A stretch of DNA of 26,862 nt, taken from the IMG/VR virus record IMGVR_UViG_3300002301_000058, positions 1-26,862 of that record. The stretch is one strand, 5' to 3'. The stretch is from a virus (Duplodnaviria; Caudoviricetes). The notes under the pieces were generated by a model that was not told where the DNA came from, did no database searches, and was given only the letters and a program-made list of their open reading frames with translations. A program made the translations under genes and the position numbers. Below are positions 15,690-22,978 of this stretch, in pieces. How positions within the stretch are numbered: the stretch's first letter is position 1; each line of letters starts with the position of its first letter.

Positions 15690-17153
15690 CTAGGTCGTGT
15701 TCACTAAAATAGTTGGTGCCGAAATCTGCGGAACCTGATTAGCTTGGACCGCGACGAATGATTGGTTAGCGAGCGCGGCGATTATCGTCTGAGACGTAAT
15801 TGTCTGCGGCTGGTTCACGACATAAGTGCCGGTGCCACCAGATGGCCCACTGCTCTGCGAGACGATAAGGGTACCAATGATAACAATACCCGTACCCATG
15901 ATGGCGCCTGTGCCACTGGAACTGGATAGAAATTGGTTGTCGGCGAGCGCGCCAGATATTACCGATGTCACCGTCAGAGTATTTCCAGAAATGCTCCCGA
16001 TTATGGTGGCGCTCGGCATATTTGCGGAGCCGATAGTAATGGATGCGACCTGCGCCCATGTGCCTAATGCATTGATGGAACTTGTATAGGCTTGCGCATA
16101 AACGACACTTCCGATTCTCGCCCGCGGCGGAGTTGGCGCAACGGTTGAACTTTGGCCCGTCACTGCAGCTATCAATGCATTCTGCACCAAAGTAGAAACA
16201 TCGGAAGGCACCGTAGTGCTAGCGACAATCGTCACGTCGAACAGCAATTGCAGCGGCGCCGGCGTCTCGTAGGTGATTTGATATGCAATCGGCGAGGCAT
16301 AAAGCGGATTGCTGTCGTAGGCCGTGACAGTCGTGTTGCCGACCATCGGAGCGCCGGGGCCGATTTTGGAAAGGATGGCTTGAGCGATGGTCGCTTGAGT
16401 GCCGCCAGCAACGCAGAGATAAACTGAATATGCAGGGATCGTAACGCCGCCCACTGTCACATTGCCGCTGGTGGCGTTATTGTAGCCGAAAAAGTCGAGA
16501 ACATCTGGAACTTCCGCAATAGCTCCGATGACCGAACCGATGGCACCCGCGCTATTTCCCTCCAGACTATCTTGCCGCCTGATTTCAAATGCGGCCCGCG
16601 TCTCGACGTCTACGCCCTCGACGCCAGAACTGACGGCGGCGGAATCCCATCCGGAAATGACTTGATAGATCGAGACGGTTTGAGGAACCGCTACCGGGCC
16701 AGGGAGCGTGCATTGGAATGTGAGCGTGACTGTGCCGCCAGATCCAATCGTCCCGGCTTGGGCGCAGGCGTAGAGATTTCCTGCAGGATCGACGATGAGC
16801 GCGCCGACTGGAATCGTGAGGCCAGAGATGCCGGTGCAGAGTATCTGGAGTGATGTCGGCAATGCCGGATTACGCTCAAGATCATAGAACCGAGCGATAG
16901 CATCCTGCCAGCGGCCGAAGGCATAAGCCGGATCAGTTTGCTGCGATTGGATGAGAAAAATCTGATAGGCATTGTTGATTGACGCGGCCCAACTTACCGA
17001 GAGCTGATATTGCGGAGTGCCGGGCGTAAAACTTAGATTCCCGCCGAAAGCTGCGTTGATGTCCTGCATCACTCCTGTTAAAACAGCAGATACTGATGGG
17101 ATAATTACCCCATTTGGCCCAAAACTTGGTTGCGGAACGGCCGTATCAGCCAT
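15690..17153 (-). CDS. baseplate J-like wedge protein
   Basis: ATG at 17153; TPQYQL, DP..AFGRWQDAI, G.DVETRAAFE.RR. Confidence 0.88.
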   Translation of the reverse strand: MADTAVPQPSFGPNGVIIPSVSAVLTGVMQDINAAFGGNLSFTPGTPQYQLSVSWAASINNAYQIFLIQSQQTDPAYAFGRWQDAIARFYDLERNPALPTSLQILCTGISGLTIPVGALIVDPAGNLYACAQAGTIGSGGTVTLTFQCTLPGPVAVPQTVSIYQVISGWDSAAVSSGVEGVDVETRAAFEIRRQDSLEGNSAGAIGSVIGAIAEVPDVLDFFGYNNATSGNVTVGGVTIPAYSVYLCVAGGTQATIAQAILSKIGPGAPMVGNTTVTAYDSNPLYASPIAYQITYETPAPLQLLFDVTIVASTTVPSDVSTLVQNALIAAVTGQSSTVAPTPPRARIGSVVYAQAYTSSINALGTWAQVASITIGSANMPSATIIGSISGNTLTVTSVISGALADNQFLSSSSGTGAIMGTGIVIIGTLIVSQSSGPSGGTGTYVVNQPQTITSQTIIAALANQSFVAVQANQVPQISAPTILVNTT

Positions 17154-17163
17154 TGAGCGCCCC

Positions 17164-17838
17164 ATGAAAAAATGTCGAGACTGCGGTATTTATAAACCAG
17201 AAAGCGATTTTTGCCGACACTCTCGCGTAAAGGATGGACTCGATATTTATTGCCGTTCTTGCAAGTCTATTCGCGCCGCTGATTATTATGCGCGCAATGC
17301 TGATGATGTAAAAGCTAAAGTCAAAAAATATGCCGCCGAGCATGAAGAACAAATCCGTGCGCAGAAGAAGAAATATCGCGATGACCATGCGGAAGAAATA
17401 GCTGCCAAAGGGCGCGCTTTTAGACAAGAACATCCCGGATATCGAAAGGATTCTTACCGAGAATGGTATGCTGCCAATCGCGAGCAACAGCTTGTCAAAA
17501 TGAGTGAATATCAGAAGAATAATCGCGATCAAGCAAATCGTCGAACTCGTGAATATGCTAAAAGAAATCGTGGCAAAATGGCCGCTTGTTGGGCCAAATG
17601 GAATGCAGCGAAATTGCAAGCTACTCCATCGTGGGCCGATCTCGACGCTATCGAAGCTGTTTATATTGAGGCCGCGCGACTGACTCGCGAGACTGGAATT
17701 TCTCATCACGTTGACCATATCTATCCGCTGCAAAGCGATTGGTGCTGCGGCCTTCATGTTGTTGAAAATCTGCAAATCTTGCCGCATGTCGAAAATGTCC
17801 GGAAATCCAATCGTCGCATTCCAGGCCTTCATGATTAG
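17164..17838 (+). CDS. HNH endonuclease with N-terminal CxxC zinc finger, antisense to the late operon
   Basis: ATG at 17164; CRDC...CRSC; HVDHIYPL...GLHVVENLQIL...N..KSN. Confidence 0.88.
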   Translation: MKKCRDCGIYKPESDFCRHSRVKDGLDIYCRSCKSIRAADYYARNADDVKAKVKKYAAEHEEQIRAQKKKYRDDHAEEIAAKGRAFRQEHPGYRKDSYREWYAANREQQLVKMSEYQKNNRDQANRRTREYAKRNRGKMAACWAKWNAAKLQATPSWADLDAIEAVYIEAARLTRETGISHHVDHIYPLQSDWCCGLHVVENLQILPHVENVRKSNRRIPGLHD

Positions 17839-18218
17839 CCAACTCCTTGCGGATTTAGCACGGTAAAATTCGTTGCTGACGATTGGCCAGTGGTACTGAG
17901 AACTTGAACCTGCCCTGACAAGGCCCGATCGGTCAGGCTCATGATGTAGACCTGCGCCGATGCGATGCCGGGAACGGTAAGCGCGGCAAGGATCATCTGT
18001 TCCTTGATGGTGCCGATTGGCGGAGGCGAGACGCCGAAGATTTGCTGGAGATAGGGAACGCCAATAGTTGTGTCGTAATAGCATTCAGACAGCCAAATCT
18101 TGATTGCCGTCGCGGCGTCTTGCGCCAACTGGTATGGCTGGGATGCGACAGCGATGTTGCCAGAAGCATCGAGCAGCAAATCGTTGGTCCCCTGATCAAG
18201 CAAAAGAGTTTGGGCCAT
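17835..18218 (-). CDS. baseplate wedge/sheath initiator (gp25/gpW-like)
   Basis: LLLD...DLLLDASGNIA, W..ECYYDTTIGVPY; position between spike and J. Confidence 0.8.
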   Translation of the reverse strand: MAQTLLLDQGTNDLLLDASGNIAVASQPYQLAQDAATAIKIWLSECYYDTTIGVPYLQQIFGVSPPPIGTIKEQMILAALTVPGIASAQVYIMSLTDRALSGQVQVLSTTGQSSATNFTVLNPQGVG

Positions 18219-18773
18219 TTATTCAAATCTCGCAAATTCGCCGTATAATTCAACTGCTCGCGCACAATAAACCCGATGTCCTTCCTCTGGATTATTAAAA
18301 CGTCCCAAGTTTTCATATTTCCCTTTGTGGACTCTAGTGCGCACAACCCATTTGTTATTTATTGCATCCCAGCTAACACCTTTAAAACCGGACTTATTGT
18401 CTCGACGCTTCCTCGTATTTCTCATGTTTTGAACATGCGTTGCTGGCCGCAGATTACAAATGCCATCTCCAGCCTCAATTCCATTTTTGTGATCTAATTC
18501 TTTTGGCCATTCGCCATGAACAATCAGCCAAATAATATGATGCACTTGATAGGCGCGGTCCCAAATTCTGATGGTTCGATAGCCATTTTGAAGTTGATGC
18601 CCAGCTTCTTGGCCCGCATATGTCGAATTCCATCTTTTGCAAATCGTTTCTTTTGATAATCTTTCCCCATCTTCAAACATTTCTGGAATACGGGCTTTCC
18701 AAACGAGGCGACCTGTGGCCGCATCACAGATTAGTAAGGCCCGAACTTCCGTCGCTGTTGGTTTCTTTGTCAT
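18219..18773 (-). CDS. HNH-AP2 homing endonuclease
   Basis: HHIIW...DHKNG...NLR.AT..QN; NKSGFKGVSW...AP2-like tail ending YGEFAR. Confidence 0.92.
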   Translation of the reverse strand: MTKKPTATEVRALLICDAATGRLVWKARIPEMFEDGERLSKETICKRWNSTYAGQEAGHQLQNGYRTIRIWDRAYQVHHIIWLIVHGEWPKELDHKNGIEAGDGICNLRPATHVQNMRNTRKRRDNKSGFKGVSWDAINNKWVVRTRVHKGKYENLGRFNNPEEGHRVYCARAVELYGEFARFE

Positions 18774-18776
18774 TAA

Positions 18777-19463
18777 TCACCCCACCGGAGGTCCGGTATC
18801 GCTCGTTCCTGTCGTAACGCCCATATGAAGATGGCTCATCAGGCTTATCGAGCCAGCCACGATATCGCCTGTCGCTTTGATCGAGCCGTCCACGGTCAAA
18901 GTACCCCCAGCCGGGGTTATCGAGATTCCGGATGAGGTCATGTTTATCATATTTCCGTTCGAATCTACGATGCGAATTCCGGTCGACGTGAAGACAATGT
19001 ATTGGTTCGGCGTAACGTTCATTCCCATCGGGACGTAATAGCCATCAGAATAGCTGTATTGACGGCTGGTATTCGGAGCGGCCTGCTTGAATGTTTTTTT
19101 GAACGTCGAGATATCACGGTCTGCCGCAATGATGAAACCTAAGTCGTTGACTTGCGGGTCGATGATGATGGCACTCTGTCCGCTGGCGAGTCGAAACCAC
19201 GGGACATTTGTCACCGTGCCGCGTGGCGTCGCATTCGGTGGCGAGGCTCCATCAATCTGGCTGACGAGGAGTTGCACATCCACCGTGCCTGGTGCCGCGA
19301 TGGCTCCATTGCCGCCAGTCCTGACGCTCGTCACCTGACATGGCAGCATGCTCTGAAGTCGCGCAATGAAGCGCCGAATAATAAATGCCGTTCCGACTTC
19401 ATCCGTTGTGGCATCGAAGGGAAGGAGGTAGCCATTGCCAGTATTGGAATCGGTGAATGACAT
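18777..19463 (-). CDS. baseplate central spike (gpV/Gp138-like)
   Basis: OB-fold region DPQVNDLG...ADRDIS; beta-helical C-terminus with HxH (SHLH) tip. Confidence 0.88.
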   Translation of the reverse strand: MSFTDSNTGNGYLLPFDATTDEVGTAFIIRRFIARLQSMLPCQVTSVRTGGNGAIAAPGTVDVQLLVSQIDGASPPNATPRGTVTNVPWFRLASGQSAIIIDPQVNDLGFIIAADRDISTFKKTFKQAAPNTSRQYSYSDGYYVPMGMNVTPNQYIVFTSTGIRIVDSNGNMINMTSSGISITPAGGTLTVDGSIKATGDIVAGSISLMSHLHMGVTTGTSDTGPPVG

Positions 19464-19467
19464 CGGA

Positions 19468-20442
19468 TTATCCTGTTACTGGTGGAATGACATTGCGCGA
19501 AAAAGCAGGATTATAAGCAAACACCGTGCTCATCCATTGTCCGTTGCGGACGTAGGAATCCAAAGCATGATCCACTTTATTGACGGCATACGTTCCACTA
19601 ATGCTCAAGCCTTGCGCCTGTAAACTGCTCTGGACGCTGATTTGTCCGCCAAAGACTACATTCGGATTGAATACGGTTTTGACGATGATTCCTTGCTGCG
19701 TGAATGCGGGATAACCAATCATTCCAGTCGATGGCGATATCTGCGGCACGGTTGTCAAACTCGCCGCCGAGCCACCTTGCGGCCAAATTGAAAGGGTGGT
19801 CCCGATAAGACCCAAAGAAAATCTTCCGTGCTCTGCAATTGTTCGAGCTTGGTCATAAAGCGTACCCTCAACATACTCATCATCAATCGTTCCGCTGACG
19901 CCATTATTCTCGAAATTAAAATTCATTTTTCCCGCGATTGTTTGCATCGCGCTTGGAATGGAAGTGCCTAAAGGAAATGTCGTCGTGCTGGCTGGAGCCA
20001 CGACTGCGCCTCCGCCACTTGTTGCGATGAAGACCATTGGAACATCAGGTTGCTTTTCATAATCGCCGTAAGCTGCATAAATCGTGCCCTGAAACACAGT
20101 CGTCATGCCAAAAACATCACCGGCCATTACTGTGATGGTGTTCTTCGGAAGGATGTTGAAAGCCAGACCGAGCGTGGCAAGTTGATTCATCAGGGCTTGC
20201 GTAAGGCCCCAAATCTTAATCTCAGCATGACACCCGACCCATGCTCCCGCGCTGAAAATCCGCACGCTGGAACGCAATCCCGGAGCGATGTTAACTGAAC
20301 CTCCTGGAGCAACGCCACCCGATGCTTGCGGCGGAGGTCCGGTAAAAGCGCCAGTACCAGGAGGTGGCGTGCTCGTGCCAGTATTGGCCGGTGTCGCAAT
20401 GGTGAAACTCAATAGTTTTTGACTCCAACTCACTGTTGACAT
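19468..20442 (-). CDS. baseplate hub protein
   Basis: IWGL...MNQL, V.AGD, VFQGTI..A, ISPSTGMIGYP; precedes the spike gene. Confidence 0.82.
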   Translation of the reverse strand: MSTVSWSQKLLSFTIATPANTGTSTPPPGTGAFTGPPPQASGGVAPGGSVNIAPGLRSSVRIFSAGAWVGCHAEIKIWGLTQALMNQLATLGLAFNILPKNTITVMAGDVFGMTTVFQGTIYAAYGDYEKQPDVPMVFIATSGGGAVVAPASTTTFPLGTSIPSAMQTIAGKMNFNFENNGVSGTIDDEYVEGTLYDQARTIAEHGRFSLGLIGTTLSIWPQGGSAASLTTVPQISPSTGMIGYPAFTQQGIIVKTVFNPNVVFGGQISVQSSLQAQGLSISGTYAVNKVDHALDSYVRNGQWMSTVFAYNPAFSRNVIPPVTG

Positions 20443-20603
20443 CCGTCCGAAAATGAGGAAGATTTATTTCCATTCGCGGCTGCTAACGCGAAGAACGCGG
20501 CACCTCTCACGAACTTCCCCGTGTCTGAGTGTCGCAGAAATGTGACCCCTGAACCGCGTTCCGGGCTTAGCAGGCTCAGCGCGGGGGAGACCTTTTTGCT
20601 TGC

Positions 20604-20673
20604 GGCGCGCTTCGGTGTGGCTTGGTCAGGCTGCGTTGGGCAAGCTAAGGCAAGCATCGGTACGGTGAGGTCT
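20604..20673 (+). repeat. GGY-NN pentamer tract, unit 0 (5' of the RAMP-like gene)
   Basis: 14 in-phase pentamers, 10 starting with GGY; bracketed by GGAGACC (20586) and GGTCTCC (20669). Confidence 0.85.
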
Positions 20674-20699
20674 CCATCAACCACAATGGAGCAAATGCA

Positions 20700-21314
20700 A
20701 TGACTGCGACTAAAGCTAAAGTTATCAACATCTCGGAGCCGACAAACGGCGGCAACGAAACAATCAGCCATAGCGAACCATATCCGGTTCGCGTGACAAT
20801 CCAAGGAGCCGCCGATCTTCTGATGCACAGATGGAACAGCGAGGCAGTCGATGAAAAAGCCCGCGCTGCCAAAAATTCCAAAGGCAAAAAGACCGATGAT
20901 GTAGAGTCCTATGTCTATCGGAATGACGGAGGTGAAATTTGTGTTCCTGGTGAGTACCTTCGCGGCTCGATCATCAATGCCGCGAAGTTCCGACAGGACC
21001 CGCGCTCGCCTCGAAAGTCTGCGATGGATTTGTTCAAGGCGGCAATCGTCGTGACAACGCCGCTTTCTACTCTCGGCGTGAAGAATTGGGATTATCTTGA
21101 CCGTCGCCGCGTGATGATCCAACGGCAAGGCATCAATCGTGTTCGTCCAGCAATGCGCGCTGGCTGGAAAGTCACTTTCGATCTTCTGGTGATGTTGCCA
21201 GAATACGTCGATCACAATGCCTTGCGGGAGACTATCGAGAGTGCCGGTCGTTTGATCGGCATCGGTGACTTTAGACCGACGTTCGGAAGGTACGGCATTA
21301 TCAAATACGAATGA
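20700..21314 (+). CDS. stand-alone Cas7/RAMP-like RNA-binding protein
   Basis: 204 aa with GGAG SD; N-terminal strand VRVTIQG...LLMH, ICVPGEYLRGSI (cf. RAMP xxPGSSxKGxxR), C-terminal Gly-rich loop IGIGDFRPTFGRY. Confidence 0.8.
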   Translation: MTATKAKVINISEPTNGGNETISHSEPYPVRVTIQGAADLLMHRWNSEAVDEKARAAKNSKGKKTDDVESYVYRNDGGEICVPGEYLRGSIINAAKFRQDPRSPRKSAMDLFKAAIVVTTPLSTLGVKNWDYLDRRRVMIQRQGINRVRPAMRAGWKVTFDLLVMLPEYVDHNALRETIESAGRLIGIGDFRPTFGRYGIIKYE

Positions 21315-21319
21315 GTTGC

Positions 21320-21853
21320 GGCCGAGTTTGGCTCGGTCTGCTCTGGTGGGGCATGGCTCGGCTCGGCTAGGCAGGTAAAGGTTAGGCAAGGATACTTTGT
21401 TGATTTTTCTTGAGGCGGGGTGAGCTTGGGTCGGGTCGGATGTGGTTTGTTGAGGTAATGTCCGGCAAGCCAAGGCGAGCCAAGATGTGGTGAGGATACT
21501 TTGTTCATTTCCCGGCATGGCAATCCATGGCTCGCTATGGTGCGGCAAGGCTCGGCTAGGTTTGTGCGTGGCTGGTCTAGGTACGGCTTGGCAGGGCGAG
21601 GTACGGCAAGGCATGGATACTTTATCAATTTTCCGGGGTATGGCGATCTGGGGCGTGTCATGATTCGGTAGGGTTGGGCATGTTCCGGCTGGTTGTGGCA
21701 AGACATTGGTCTGGCATGGTGCGGTTTGGCTTGGCGAGGATACTTTGTTCATTTGTTCCGGCAGGCTCCGGTGTGGTTAGCCACGGTGGGGTTCGGTGTG
21801 GTGTTGCCCGGCTGGGCGAGGTTCGCCAAGGCAAGGTAAGGCATGGATTTTTT
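21320..21853 (+). ncRNA. array of five GGY-NN tracts separated by a conserved linker; putative guide-RNA array
   Basis: Tracts 21320-21389, 21414-21493, 21514-21614, 21637-21737, 21760-21844; linker GGATACTTTRTYSATTT at 21390, 21494, 21615, 21738 and truncated GGATTTTTT at 21845. Repeat structure is directly visible; RNA status is inferred. Confidence 0.8.
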
Positions 21854-22169
21854 AACCCTCGCCAACGGGCAAATCTGTCGGATACAAGTAAAACAACAAA
21901 TATCTACTGCCTAATCCATCATAGGTCGGATCATTTTCGCCTTGCGTATCAAAAAAAGCCATGTCTCCGGAAAATCCAAGGTATAGCGAGCGCACAATCC
22001 GATTGAGATTTTGACATACGACGCCTCCAATTATTAGTGTCGCGCCGACGTAAAGGCTGATCGCTAGTTGATAGTTTGTTTGCAGTAAATCTATCGATAC
22101 AAGCTGATTGTTCAGCGTTATCTGAAGATTTTGATTTGGAACGGCCTGTAGCGGGACAATGAGCGGCAT
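21852..22169 (-). CDS. small baseplate/tail protein
   Basis: PLQAVPNQ.L.I.LNNQ...YLGFSGD..F.DTQG..DP.YDGLGSRY.L.Y, typical of this myovirus tail module. Confidence 0.82.
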   Translation of the reverse strand: MPLIVPLQAVPNQNLQITLNNQLVSIDLLQTNYQLAISLYVGATLIIGGVVCQNLNRIVRSLYLGFSGDMAFFDTQGENDPTYDGLGSRYLLFYLYPTDLPVGEG

Positions 22170-22978
22170 TACATCAAACTCCCGCTTGGAAATGAGACTG
22201 ATGGAGTTTGCGGTTGCTGAACGCCAGTTGCTTGTTGAAGTGAATTCGTCGGGTTTGATGGGCTACCAAACGATGTCGATTGCGTCTGCCGAATCTGCAT
22301 GAAAGTGATATCGGCGATGATGAGTGTGGCACCCTCGTAAGACTTTCGCGAAAACTGCACGCGCCGCGCGCTCATGCTTTGATAGCTGCCTTCTGGCGTA
22401 ACAAGGGTGAATAGCGGCGGTGTCAATATCCCGCCAATGATGCCAGATGTCAGCGACGCGCCTAATGAACCTACGCCGAGGCTAGGCGAACTGCCGCCTA
22501 GTTGGCTAATCACGGAGTTAATCAGAGAGACGGAGCCAAGCGGAGAGCCGCCTGCAATGGCAAAAATCGAATTCAGAAATGCTGTTCGCTGAGATGTAGG
22601 ACCCCCACAAGCCATGCGGACGCGGCACTCAAACGGAAGCTGCACTTTGTCATAAGATTGGAACGAACCCTGCTCGACCGGATAATCACCGATCGTCCAT
22701 TCCTGATCGAAATCAAACTCAATCGTGGATGCGAATACCGGGAGCAGGTTTGGAATACCGAGCAGTGAAGCGACCTGTCCTATCGGTGCCAGCACGGAGC
22801 CGATGACCGAGGAAGCTATCGTGGCCGGCCAGATGACCGGGAAGCCGTTGTAGTAGATGCCCCACGTCGGGAGAAAGGCATTGACCACGAGCGCGGCATC
22901 AGCCGTCAGCAACTCGATGTTGTTGGTCGAGTAGGTGTTCAGGGCTGGCACCCCGGGGACATTCGGCACATTTGCCAT
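22169..22978 (-). CDS. tail tube initiator / Dit-like protein
   Basis: DYPVEQGSFQSYDKVQLP, LVTPE..Y; follows the tape measure gene. Confidence 0.8.
   Translation of the reverse strand: MANVPNVPGVPALNTYSTNNIELLTADAALVVNAFLPTWGIYYNGFPVIWPATIASSVIGSVLAPIGQVASLLGIPNLLPVFASTIEFDFDQEWTIGDYPVEQGSFQSYDKVQLPFECRVRMACGGPTSQRTAFLNSIFAIAGGSPLGSVSLINSVISQLGGSSPSLGVGSLGASLTSGIIGGILTPPLFTLVTPEGSYQSMSARRVQFSRKSYEGATLIIADITFMQIRQTQSTSFGSPSNPTNSLQQATGVQQPQTPSVSFPSGSLM

Noticed and set aside
17154-17166. GCGCCCCATG before the antisense HNH resembles the cassette GCCC-ATG end
   Set aside because: The rest of the 23-bp junction is absent; likely chance in GC-rich DNA
20587-20674. Inverted BsaI sites (GAGACC...GGTCTC) suggesting a synthetic cloning cassette
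   Set aside because: No vector or marker sequence; the context is natural phage DNA, so it is better read as a short RNA stem or chance
20430-21752. 440-aa and 164-aa Pro-rich minus-strand ORFs (20430..21752, 21212..21706) and 21674..22006 (+)
   Set aside because: Shadows of the GGY-NN array: the CC-rich complement rarely makes stops and the linker translates repeatedly as NKVS; the longest also overlaps the well-formed RAMP-like gene
21320-21844. Simple microsatellite or G-quadruplex tract
   Set aside because: NN positions are non-repetitive and tracts are punctuated by linkers. GG runs could form two-tier quadruplexes, but that would not explain the conserved Y or the strict 5-nt register
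21320-21844. Reading NN strings as the first two codon positions gives protein-like peptides
   Set aside because: Any dinucleotide string does this; it is not evidence without a database match
21320-21853. Calling the array a canonical CRISPR
   Set aside because: The linker is only ~17-20 nt and degenerate, and the 70-101-nt intervening tracts are themselves periodic rather than foreign-derived spacers; no cas1/cas2
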